NCBI GenBank assembly: GCA_053919585.1
Contig: CM132805.1
Source of the DNA: Euprymna scolopes
Lineage: Eukaryota
Reading direction: 5' to 3' (one strand)
DNA length: 35,650 nucleotides
Part shown: one piece after another, positions 24,006 to 35,502 of the stretch
Layout: each line of letters begins with the position of its first letter
How positions within the stretch are numbered: the first letter of the stretch is position 1
Translations under genes and position numbers: made by a program
The notes under the pieces: model-generated
What the model saw: the letters and a program-made list of their open reading frames with translations, nothing else
Told to the model about the DNA's origin: nothing
The model's database searches: none

Positions 24006-24759
24006 TGTTACCAAAGGCAATAAAAATTACTTTTCTACCTACCTAGGTAGTATTTTTTGTGATGAAAATATTTTAAAGTGCATTTTTGGTGCTTTATTCA
24101 GAATTACACTTAAAAAAAAAAAAAAAAAAAAAAATCTTCATGATGAACATACTCGTCACGGAATGAAGATGTCACATTCCAAAAATCATAAATTGATCAA
24201 GTAGTTTTTTTGGGGGGTTTTTTAAACTAAGAAAATCAAATTTTATGACAAAGCGAGTCATAGAAGTTTTGATAGGCCATGTTGAATAAATAAGAGGGAG
24301 ATAACTTAATTCGAACTACAGAGATCAAAATTATAATGTATACATTAATGTATTATAAAAATCACTAAAAATCGGAGATTTTTATTTTCTTAGTTAAAAT
24401 CAAATCTACACGATTTTTCTCAAATCTTTGTTCCATGACAAGTGCGAACATCAAAGATTTTTCTGCATTTCAAAAAAAAAAAAAAAAATTTTATTAGATA
24501 TGTGTAATTCTAAATAAGCACTGCTTTTGCTTTTGCATGTTCAATTTTCATCCAATTTACAATCTTTTCAATTCAGCACACTTTCTGAAGGCAAACGAGT
24601 ACTGGTCATTGAGTGAGGTCAGCCATGTTGCCTTAACAGGCTTAAAAGATAATATATTGAATGAAATTTTAATATGCAAAAGTAAAAGCACTTACTAAAA
24701 AAAAAAGAAAAAAAAAAAAGATCCAGGTAGAAAAATAAATTTTATTGCCTTTGGTAACA
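24006..24759. mobile_element. Fold-back MITE interrupted by a nested element
   Basis: TIRs TGTTACCAAAGGCAATAAAA..TTTTCTACCT and AGGTAGAAAA..TTTTATTGCCTTTGGTAACA; inner inverted arms at 24523-24690. Confidence 0.75.
24089..24521. mobile_element. Nested family B fold-back element
   Basis: GTGCTTTATTCAGAATTACAC and GTGTAATTCTAAATAAGCAC ends, further inverted blocks, central GGGAGATAACT. Confidence 0.7.
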
Positions 24760-25046
24760 CATCTTTGTTAACCATGCTTATTTCGACCATTTTTCGTCCA
24801 TCAAAAACTCTTCACAATCAAGTTCCAAGATAACCATTTATCTCAAAGACTGATGGCAATTCTTCATTAGAAAAAAAAAAAAAAAGGTTCAGAACTGTTC
24901 TTAATACTCAGCAAACTATTAATATAAACACAAACACTGACTACAATGGGCGTTCATTTTGATCAGATTATTTTTAGCCAATAATAATCCACGCAACATC
25001 TATACAAATAGGGTAATCTGGAGAATCTTTACTGTGCTTGTACAAT

Positions 25047-25300
25047 AGTGCTCAATCATAAAATAGAGCTATTTATATATAATAAAAGTTTTATTTAAAC
25101 AAGCATATCATGGCTACATATCCTAAACATGTTTCAATTGTAATTTTTTTATAAGTTTGATTTCCTCAGGTGACAAAAATAAATGTCAGTTCTATATGTT
25201 TTTATATTGATGAATGAACATTTTATATTGAAAAGTAAAACATGTTCTGGATGCGTGATCATATGTTTATAAAAAATAAAAGTATATATATATATATAGG
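25047..25300. mobile_element. Decayed palindromic hammerhead module with terminal motif
   Basis: Minus strand: CTGAGGA (25169-25163), GAAAC-ATGTT (from 25135), AATAAA, then GCTC-N9-ATTGAGCACT (25069-25047). Degenerate mirror arm on the plus strand. Confidence 0.55.
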
Positions 25301-26554
25301 CTGTATAGTAAAACTCAAGTGCACAATGGATATATAAATTGATATTATTTTCAGCAAAACTAAAAATCTCATATCAAGCAAATCAATTTTTATTTCAAAA
25401 TAACTTCTTCATTATGGCTATACAGTTAAAGATGGAGAGCTGTAAAGGTTTATTTTAGCATGTGTATCGTTAAATATGGTTGTCTTTTCGTAAAATGTGC
25501 CAAAAGCTTTTAAAAAAATTTTTTTTTTATTTTGTATTTGTATTTATGAAGATTCATCAACTCTGTAAGATTCAAACTTTGTAAAAAAAAACCCCCAATA
25601 AAACAACAAAAAAAAAACATTACCAATGTCTTCATTGTACAGCAGCCAGGGGTTAACTCTAGACATGTTTAAATCAAGGAGATTTGATAGATTTTTTTTT
25701 TTTTTTCTTTTTTTTAACATACTTAGAACTTACATCCTCCCCATCATGGATTTAACAGAGTTTTCATTTGAGCAGTTGTTGCTTATTTTATAACATTAAA
25801 AAAAAGTGATATTTCAAATTTTTTATCCTGCTTCTTTTGGACTCATTGTTTTCATCATCTTTCGGCTTGGCCTTTGAGTCAAGATCACAGTGTAGTATCT
25901 GATGCTACACTTCATCTTTTCTGTCCTCTGTCAGTAGAGGAGAAATCCTTCATGATTGAGATAATTTTTATTTTTTTTCCTATCCAGAGTGCTCCTTTTT
26001 CTCAGGAACTGGATTTTCCCCCCCAAATTAAAAACCGACCTTGTGTCTAACTCTGCCCTCGTGGGGAGGCAAGTAAATAGGAATATGCAGGTAGTACTAA
26101 AACGTAATTGCTTTTGCATAAAGTTGCTAAATGTTTATATAATAAATATTTATAAAGCTCTAACTAGTATTGAGCACGTTTGAAAAAAAATATTAGTTTT
26201 GAGTTCATTTTATTAATATATTTGAACAATATATATATATATATATAAAATTTCATTTTAGGATTTTAATTTTTTTTTTTTTTTAATGAAGAGTTTTTAT
26301 TAAATATTGATTTAGGTGAATTTTCTAGAAATTCTCTTTTTGTCATAATGGCGTTTTTTTTTTTTTGTTTTTTTTTCAAGAAACAAATTTACTGCTGAAA
26401 CCTTTTGGAGAATAGTCTGACTTAATTGAAATCAAGAAAACTGCTTTAATATGAGGAAAACAATTGTATGAAAAAAAGAAAAGAAAAATCAATATAAAAT
26501 GTTTTAAACAAGTAACTCAGAATTTTATTATTTCATTATTACATATATATATAT

Positions 26555-26845
26555 TAGTAAGGGGACAATTTTAATATTTTTAATGATTTTGATACAATCA
26601 CCAATTCTCTACTAAATTCCTGATTGATACAATTACTGATTCCGATTCTTTTAAAATTTTTAAATATAGAGTTGTATTATAGAGGAAGGGGTTGGATTAC
26701 CGTAAAATGTAATGTAATATATGCATATATTTTTTTCACAGATAAAAAAAATCGTTTTTGGCATTAAAAAAATGAGCAAACATTTTTTGATTCTGATATC
26801 CCAAAAAGCTTTTCCAACTCTTGATTCTGATTAATCGTCCCAAAA
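26555..26845. mobile_element. Second copy of the 21848-22249 family
   Basis: Shared ATACAATTAC.GATTCC, GATTCCGATTCTTT, AATCG.TTTTGGCAT and ATTAATCGTCCC. Confidence 0.55.
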
Positions 26846-26850
26846 ATAAT

Positions 26851-26890
<40 letters not shown>

Positions 26891-26893
<3 letters not shown>

Positions 26894-27081
26894 TAAATGA
26901 CTAAAGTCTATTCCAAATTTCAAGATGTTAACCATCTTACCTTTTATTTTTTTATTAAGTATGTTGAATTGCACAATTCTTAAAGTACTTACAGAAATAA
27001 TGGGTAAGATGGTCAACATTTTGAAATTTGGACTATAGACTTTTGCCATTTATTTATATATGCTCTGTAGTTACATTGAGC
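26891..27081. mobile_element. Palindrome with ~50-bp arms followed by the GCTC-N9-ATTGAGC motif
   Basis: AAATAAATGACTAAAGTCTA..CCATCTTACC and GGTAAGATGG..TAGACTTTTGCCATTTATTT; motif at 27062-27081. Confidence 0.6.
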
Positions 27082-27085
27082 TTCA

Positions 27086-27180
27086 TAGTGGAGCAGGTTA
27101 TCTCAATATTCCATAAGAATTTCTTTCACTTAGTGATACAAGCAGCTAGTGAAAGATTGTTTCAGCAATCTGCCCCACTA
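27086..27180. mobile_element. ~95-bp mini-MITE, second copy
   Basis: Aligns end to end with 12686-12779. Confidence 0.8.
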
Positions 27181-27444
27181 TCATACCTTAAAGAATTGGT
27201 ATAAATAAAAGGCGAAATATAATTAAACATATTTTCCCATATATATGTGTTTATTTATTTTTTTTTTTGCATACTTTAGGATTTTACTTAACCCATTACC
27301 AGCCAGTGTCCCCATCAAAAATATCTATATTTACATTTGAATGTTTCCCTTAATTCAGCCACTAATGAGTTAAGTAAAAAAATAGCAACACTGTTCCATT
27401 CATTTTCAACAGTAAAATAATCCTATTATCCAAATTTGAATTAG

Positions 27445-27475
<31 letters not shown>

Positions 27476-28594
27476 AAACACCGAGAGGAAATCAACGGCA
27501 GAAGCAAATAATGGAATGATTTTTTTTTGTTTTTCAACATCACTATAAAAAAAAGAAAAAAAAAAAATGGATTCATTACTATTGCTAGTATACAAGTACC
27601 ATCTGATTTAATTTAGGATGACAAAGTCCATGCAGGGGAATGGGTGGAATGCGTAAGCAGGTCTTTCTTGCTGACCTAAGAAAGTTAAATAGTGATAACA
27701 CACTCTAAACTGGCCTTGTAAATAAAACTCACATATGAGGTGGGGAGGAGGGAGCTGGGGGTTATTAGAAATAGGAGGATGCAAGTCATTCTTTGGAATG
27801 TTTATCATTTTTTGTCTTTCGACAAAAGGCTACTGATTTCAATTGGTTATCATTTTTGGTTCAATAATTTAGTAAAAATCTGGGCGTAAATGCTGTAACA
27901 CTTGGTACCAGCACAAACACAGCCGACAGAAATGTATAGGCACAACGCGCATACGCATCTTGACAAGAATGCATACAAACGAATCAGATTAGTTTGTATA
28001 TAAGCACAATCATAGAATTTTTTTTTTTTTTTATGCAAACGACAGCAAAATAGATTTTGGTTAATCATTTTCGACCTTAAGAAAAAATAAACCACATAAA
28101 AAAAAGCAAACACTGAAAAGTTCCCAGAGAATAGTGTTATATATAAAAAAAAAATTTATACATAATTTTAAATTCAAGGCAAAGTCTTAAAAAATAGATT
28201 TATAAAATTAATTTTTATTTCATGTATTTTTTTTTTTTATGTTTTTAAATTATTTTTTTAAATTAATCTTTTTTGTCTTTATTTTAATTATTCTTGAAAT
28301 AATTAAAAGGAAACCGAGAAAAATAGATTAACAGAGTTATCGTCCTTGTTTTTTTTGTTTCAAGGGGTGGGGGAGAACATAATTTCATGAAACTTCTTTA
28401 TCATTTTGTAAGAGTCAATTTGAACAACCACCCTTATCTCAGTCGGTTAATGGCAGCCAAATATAAACTAATCTTTATTCTCAGAAAAATTATCATTTAT
28501 CGAATTTGGAAAGAAAAATATATTAAGCATCATGTTTGATGAGAAATAGATAAATATTATATATATAATTCTGTATTTTTAGAGAAATAAAAAC

Positions 28595-28851
28595 AGTGCT
28601 CAATTACATTTGCAAGAGGAGCATAATATATTTATTATATATCATATTATACAGTGATATTTTGATTAGTCATTGATATCTGTAGTTTCAGGAAGTATAG
28701 GAAATACTATCTATTTGGCTAAAAAAATATATCTTCATCAGAATGTAGAATATATGCAAGATGTAACAAATATTTAAAAAGAAATTGATTTTAAATATTT
28801 TTTATCATTTAAAAAAATTATTTTAAAGCTCTATCTTAAGGGATATTGAGC
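28595..28851. mobile_element. Old module bounded by outward-facing GCTC..ATTGAGC motifs, with a decayed minus-strand hammerhead core
   Basis: Motifs at 28595-28622 (-) and 28828-28851 (+). Minus strand CTGATGA 28741-28735, GAAAC 28689-28685, then AATAAA. Confidence 0.45.
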
Positions 28852-28921
28852 CTTTTGTGTGTGTAAAATTTGTTGTCTTGAATTGGATATGTTCTGACTC
28901 CGAAAAGTTAATTTTTTTTTT

Positions 28922-28955
<34 letters not shown>

Positions 28956-29040
28956 GTGGAGATGGTAATTAATAAAAACTGAAGAAAGTGCTCAATACTG
29001 TTGTAGAGCAAATATGCGTTTTATTTTTTATTACCGTATC

Positions 29041-29119
29041 TTTCTGTTAAGTTACATTATTGTTTCGGCTTCACGGCCGTTTTTTTGGCCGTCTGTAGCG
29101 TCCTCAGACTTTTACAAAA
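29041..29119 (-). ncRNA. Type I hammerhead ribozyme (left arm)
   Basis: AAGU-CUGAGGA-C-GCUACAGACGGCC..GGCCGUGAAGC-C-GAAAC-AAUAAU-GUA^ACUU; one extra mismatch in helix II relative to the right arm. Confidence 0.75.
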
Positions 29120-29151
29120 ATTTTCGCTATTTCATCCCAAAATAGCAAACA

Positions 29152-29231
29152 TTTCTGTAAAAGTCTGAGGACGCTACAAACGGCCAAAAAAACGGCCGTG
29201 TAGCCGAAACAATAATGTAACTTAACAGAAA
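29152..29231 (+). ncRNA. Type I hammerhead ribozyme (right arm)
   Basis: Helix I AAGU/ACUU extended by UUUCUGU/ACAGAAA; CUGAGGA 29165-29171; helix II GCUACA/UGUAGC plus CGGCC/GGCCG; GAAAC 29206-29210; helix III ACA/UGU; GUA site, cut after 29219. Confidence 0.8.
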
Positions 29232-29319
29232 GATACGGTAATAAAAAATAAAACGTATATATATATATGTACACACACACACACACAGTGCTTTAGGGCA
29301 TGTTGAAAAGAATTAATAA

Positions 29320-29556
29320 AGTGCTCAATTGCAAAAATGTGAGAGCTAAAATACAAATTATTTATTTAAAAACTATATGCTACATATTTCAGAGATGTAC
29401 CATGGTTTCATTGACATGGATTGACGTTTTATCATTGAAAAGTATATAAAGATGCTGGAATAAATTCAAATTATTAGTAACTCACACAATGAAAACAAAC
29501 ATGCCAATGAAACCATGATATGTTTCTGAATATGTAACAGTTTTTAAATAATTTGT
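29320..29556. mobile_element. Decayed palindromic hammerhead-type module with terminal motif
   Basis: Inverted arms CATGGTTTCATTG and CAATGAAACCATG. Minus strand GAAAC-CATG-GTA (palindromic ACCATGGT), AATAAA, then GCTC-N13-ATTGAGCACT (29346-29320). Confidence 0.6.
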
Positions 29557-29598
29557 TTGTATGTGGGTGTGTGTGTGTGGGGGGGGATATAATCTAAT

Positions 29599-30243
29599 AA
29601 AATGGTGGGATCCTTCTATCGATCCAGTAGATAGATACCTGCTGATGCAATTCTCTACTTATATAAGAGCCAGGTACGTCCAAGGATGGAGTATTGTTGC
29701 CACATCTGAGCAGGAGCTTCTAGAAAGAGCTTATCCTGCCTTGAAAGAGTTCAAAATAGACTTCACAGCCTAGTGAGGAATGCCCTTTTCTCTTCCCTGC
29801 AACCTCTTTCTCACAGAAGAGACATTTTGAGCCAGTCTCTGCTTTATCATTATTTTCATGGCAAGTGCTCGTCTGAGCTCCAATCTATACCTCCCCCCTC
29901 ACCAAACTTTCACAAGAAAAGCTGAAAACACTATCAATAGTTTCCCTCAATCTTTATCTGTGCCTGAACCTAAACGTAGATTCCATGAACAAAGCTTCTT
30001 TCTTAAAACTGCATATTTATGGAACTCTCTTCCGTTTTCCTGCTTTCCAATTGACTACAATATAGTCGTTTTCAAGTCCAATGTAAACAAGTTCTTGATG
30101 AACCGTTCCATTTAATCAAATTTATCAAATTTACACTTCTAATGATTATTATGATTATTGTCCCTTTGACTACTGTACACTCTTTACCCTTATCCCCGAG
30201 TGGCCTCTGGGCCTTGATAAGTGGGAATTCCTTTGTTAAAAAA
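29599..30243 (+). mobile_element. CR1/Jockey-group LINE 3' fragment
   Basis: Reads KMVGSFYRS..PADAILYLYKSQVRPRMEYCCHI* and ..EQSFFLKTAYLWNSLP..FKSNVNKFL, followed by 3' UTR stem-loop and an A-rich tail. Confidence 0.9.
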
Positions 30244-30982
30244 TATAAATAAATAATGGTATATATGTATTATTATTTTTTACCTAGTTCTAAGAGATCG
30301 AAATGTTTTTTTTTGTCTGTTTCACTTGAGAAAAATCATGAAAAAAAAGAAAAAAGAAAAAAAAAAAATTGCCATCAGTAAAGATAGGTCTCCACAAGCC
30401 ATCTATAAACAGTTACTCAAAGTTGAGAGAGGGGAGAGATGGAGAAGGGGAAGGGGAGAAGGATGGAGAGAGAGAGAGAGATGAAGGAGAGAGAAAGAAA
30501 GGGGGGGGGAGTGCAAAATTAAGATAAAAAGGCTGTAGAGAATTAAAGAAAAGGGAATGAAGATTAAAAAAGAAAAAAAAGAAATGTGACTCAATCTGTA
30601 TATTTTTGTTGGAATTTTCTTCAGACACTGACGATTATATATATATATATCTATATGTATATATATATATATATATGTATATGTATGTATGTTTCACATA
30701 TTCAAACCAATATTGACTATAACTAAGATAGGTGAGGCTAGGTCAGGTGATCAACCTAACACTTAATATCAGGGTTCATTTAATAACCATATATAGGTAT
30801 ATGTATATATATATATATATATTTACAATGTGGAGGTTACCTGTTCTACAAGATGCCAGACAGGTTCAAAGATAGACAGCGTGCGTATTGTTAGTACAGT
30901 TGTCCTTGCTCCAAGCTGACATGTGGGATTGCACCAAGCATTCATTGTGACAACACCCACCCACATATGCACGCACAGGTAA

Positions 30983-31020
<38 letters not shown>

Positions 31021-32465
31021 CATTTATTAGTGCAATCAACAAGCAGGAAAAAGATAATACAATGGAAAAAAAAAAGACCTGGAAATACCAAGATAAAAAT
31101 AAGATAAAGCAACACTTTTAACATAAATATCTTTTATAATTTTTTTTTTTTTAAAGTTTTTTTTTTTCAATTTTAAAATTTCCAGAAAAAAAAAAAAAAA
31201 TTTTTTTTTTTTTTTTTTTAAATATATTCTTTTTCAATTTGTCTTTCTTTTCTTTTTAAAAATTGTGTTTGTTTAATGTTTGAAAATTTAAATTATAGTT
31301 TTTTTTTTTATAATAATTTTGGGAGATTTTATTTATTCATATATATTCACATATATATATATATATATATATAAAAGAGGAAATAAATTTACATTTTCCC
31401 CCTTTTTTTTTTTTCTTGTCTTTACATTTGGAATGATCAACACAAAAATCTATGGCAAATTTAAGAATATAGATTAAGAATGTACAGTATGATTAATAAG
31501 AAATGTTGATGATAGATTTAAATATAGAATTTATTTATTTTTATTTTTTCTATTGTGTGCCTAGTCCGGTTTCTGTAACTAGACAAAGCAGATTTTTTTT
31601 TTTTTTTTTTTTAATCCCCATATTTCTTGCGGATTTTTACAGGCACACAAAATCGACTGAAGAGGGCACGAAGAGTGAAAGACTTGCCCAAGGCCTAGAT
31701 GCCTACCCACAGATTATGACAAATGTCCAACTAGCCATAGTTAAACATTTCCACTTAGAGAAACGTCTATTTTTACAAAAGGAGTTGCTAACCTGGCAGC
31801 TATATTGCACGGCATTACATTGTCTTTTTTTTTTTTTTTTTTAAATTATTTTAAAGTTTAAGATGTAAAAGGGTCATAGGGGATAGGGCTTATTTTTATC
31901 ATTTAATTTCTGTGAATACAGAACATCTTTATGCGAGAGAAGATAGGAGAAAGGAAGCTAGGCACATAACATAAGGGCCGTGATAACAGGTTAGCGTTTT
32001 ATCTGTACAATGGAAAGATGTAACGAGCAGTGGGAGCTTTTGGTATCTAGCACCGTAGCAGTAGTGGTGGTCCAGCTAGCAGACACAAGGGTCTCCCTAT
32101 TCATACAAAAAAAAAAAAAAAAACTAAGGAAAAGAGAGAGGAAGGAAAAAGAAAAAAAAAACAAAGAAAAGGAAAAAACACACACAAAAATTAAACAACA
32201 TGGTCAGCGGGAGAGATAAAAATGAGATTCAGTGCTGTGCAGTAAGAAAAAAAGTGAGAGCACCCACTGCACGCACTTTGGTCTACAGAAGAAATTTTCT
32301 TTAAATTTTTGAAATAATCAATGTGGTGGGAGGAGGAATGATGAGGAGGGATGGGTGGAGGGTATTTTTTTGTGAAATACAAGGCATCTGCCATTTCTTG
32401 GTAGTGAAGGAAGAGAGAAGATATAAATAGTATTTATTGTCAACAGAAATGTGTGTGTGCGTGTG

Positions 32466-32515
<50 letters not shown>

Positions 32516-34458
32516 CAGGAATAACTTTCCTTTTATCTCCTCCCCCTTCCAAATAGAAATGTCCACAAAAAAAAAAAAAAAAAAAAAAAAAATGATGGAA
32601 TGAGAGAAAATATATTCTATTATTTTAAGAGCGAAAGAGCAAGGTGAGGTGGGGGCGTTCACAAATGATAGAAATTTATACAAGTTGAAAAACTAAATTT
32701 TATAAATACAAAATTCACTGTGAGAAAAGAAAGGGAAAAGTGGTTGAAAGAGATTCCCAAGATCTGGATGCCAGATATAAAACACACAACCCAAGTTAAG
32801 GTAGTTCAACTCTTTACAAGCCAGTGTGTAAAGGTTTACCAAGTTTGTTAATGTCCTACAAAGATGCAGAAAGAAAGAAAAACGCTTGTCTGAAATTTAG
32901 ATCCAGAAAGATTTAAGATACATAGCTAACTGGTCATAGATTATTTAGTGCTTTCCAACGTGCGACTTACTGTTACAGATTTTAAAATGAGTGTTGTCTG
33001 AGAAATAACCACATAAAAATGATACAAGGATGAAAGGAAGCCTTTAACAAATTTATTCAATAACTTACGAGCAAAATTATAAAGGGGGAGCCACCAGATG
33101 TGCAATGATAAATCTCTCATAGAAAGTTCTGTTTTCATTCTTAAAGTGTTATGGCTGACTGACATCCAAACGTGATCACTCCCTTGTCATTCCAAGGGAG
33201 ATAACTATATTTATCTTTTTTTTGACCTGACACTTACTGAATGGTTTTTAATCAAATACAAGATCTACAGAGTTGTTCACATTCCAATATGGGATAAACT
33301 CATTAAACCTAAACCTTGCAAAATGGCTGATACGAGACACACGAGATCGTACGTTGTTTTGGTGTTGTGCCAATCCGTGATCTACTCATGAACCCTAACT
33401 GCATTAATTATATTTAATTGCACTTTTAGGAATTTAAGCTTTGACTTGATTGAAATTCGGAACATGTCCTTGGTTACGTGCAATTCAGTTTTTAGTTTTA
33501 TCCAGGTTAGTTGGATATTTGATGTGCAAATAAAATTCGCTGAGTAATGTAATTTCTTTTTAGGTGATTCTCAAATCATTAAAAACAGCTGTTATCCGAA
33601 GTTGCTTCTAGCCTCCTACATAGATACAATCTATTTATAAATATGTTTGCCTATTGTGATATCTATGCCTGTCCATGTTGAAAGAGCACTGAATAACCTC
33701 TGTTGAATATAAACTTGATATCAGAAATTAATAAATATTATTTTTATTTATTTTGTATTTTTTTTTTTTTTTTTACAAATTTTCATAAGCAAGAAAACAA
33801 ATTTTGCCCAATTAAGAAATAAAGAAGAAAACAGAAAAAGGGTAATCCTAAAAAACACAGAAGGTTGGAAAGTTTTATAATGGGAACTCCTTCAATCTGT
33901 AAGGATTGCAATGGGTTGTATACAAAATGTGTAAAAAAAAAAGTTGTAATGTTTGTTTTAAATATAAATAAATAAATAAATAATGCCTCACTGGGTGATG
34001 AATTGTCAAGCAATCCACTGGATTAACACAATTATTAGTGGTTATCAAACACAAGGTGGATTTGACAGTAAAAAAAAAAAAAAAAAAAGGATGGGGCGGG
34101 GAATATTAGTGTTATTATAACAATCATTAACAAACAGAAATTAATTTTGACTATACACAAGTGAGGGAGAGAGAGAGACCGAGAAAAAAAAGTAAAAAAA
34201 ATACAAACAATGATAAGTTACTGCTCTGTACTTTTTCTGGTTTGTAAGAGTTAAGAGAAAGAAAGAAAAAAAAAAAAAAAGATGAAAAGGATATGAAAGA
34301 TATATTTCTGTAGTTGCTTAAAATATATTTCTTTTCAAGTGAACTTTTTTTTTCCAATTTAAGGCTAATGTGAATTTTCTAGACAAATTTATGCCATATA
34401 TAATTATATAATAAATAAGCACATATTTTTTTCATTTTAAAATTTCACACACACACAC

Positions 34459-34504
<46 letters not shown>

Positions 34505-34625
34505 CGAGTTACAGGAATTGAATGTTTTTAGAACGCTCCTTGATCTCCTTGAGTAAGGGATAAGAAGTGAGGAAGGTACTCTTTAAACCTTCTTAAGATC
34601 CGTTTCCCATGACTCCCTTTGTGTG

Positions 34626-34665
<40 letters not shown>

Positions 34666-34732
34666 GTATATGGAGGCAAAAAATTTAAATTTTTCTCATT
34701 CATATATAAATTGTTGAAAATGGGGAAATGTT

Positions 34733-34885
34733 AATTTTGTAATTTTATTTCCTTATTAGTTTGATAACAAAATGATTAAAAAATTTTGTAATTTTATTTC
34801 CTTATTAGTTTGATAACAAAATAATTAAAAAATTTTGTAATTTTATTTCCTTATTAGTTTGATAAGAAAATGATTAAAAAATTTA
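34733..34885 (+). repeat. ~49-bp tandem repeat x3
   Basis: AATTTTGTAATTTTATTTCCTTATTAGTTTGATAACAAAATGATTAAAA units. Confidence 0.95.
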
Positions 34886-35453
34886 ACATTGGATTATTCT
34901 CCCCAGTGGCACACAGAGAAGGTAGATTAGCCCCGGGCGGGGGGTCCCCGCTGAGCATCCGAATTGAAGAGGGGGTGAGGCATTCAATCATATTGAAATC
35001 TATCTCTCCCTTTCTCGTAACATTTCTCAGTACTAGGACTTATACTGGAGTCTTTGGAGTATACAATCCAGGAGTTGATTCCAGGCATCACCAAATCCTA
35101 GCACACCACGGGTTTGAATCGCTTTGGCCCTTTTGTTAGAATAAAGAGAAAGTAGAAGTGAATTAAAAAAGTCCATCGTTTTCAAGAATAAATGCTTGAA
35201 ATAATATGCACATTAAATTTATGTATATTTATCATAATGTGTAATAATTATTTCATAATCATTAATAGGACGGCAAAGATGAGAGTTCAAGTTTAATATA
35301 GATCTGAACTCTCTAAAATGCAGCAGCTCTGATGTAAAAAGACGATACGTAGAGATGAGAAAGATCTGCAATGGAGGCGTCGAAAATTGTGTGTATTTTT
35401 AAAACCACTTTGATATATGGATGTATCGGATTAACGCAATTATTTTAAAAACG

Positions 35454-35502
<49 letters not shown>

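Larger units (their letters stand above)
28987..29260. mobile_element. Young ~250-bp palindromic double-hammerhead element
   Basis: Arms ~29012-29121 and ~29151-29260 differ at about 4 positions by eye. The spacer is itself a hairpin. Terminal motif at 28987-29009. Confidence 0.85.

Noticed and set aside
6850-29645. Identical 5' truncation point of the two LINE 3' fragments
   Set aside because: The 29.6-kb copy continues further upstream (KMVGSFYRS), so the breakpoints differ.
31657-31695. CTGAAGA-GGGCA...TGCCC as a hammerhead
   Set aside because: No GAAA follows the stem and helices I and III are missing.
979-35139. Most short ORFs in the track (poly-F, poly-K, CVCV, YIYI)
   Set aside because: They are translations of homopolymers and microsatellites with no recognisable domains. 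Only the LINE-derived ORFs are accepted.
34890-35140. GC-richer patch with an 89-aa ORF (similarly 12890-13080)
   Set aside because: Probably retroelement UTR remnants, but there is no diagnostic motif or second copy in the window.
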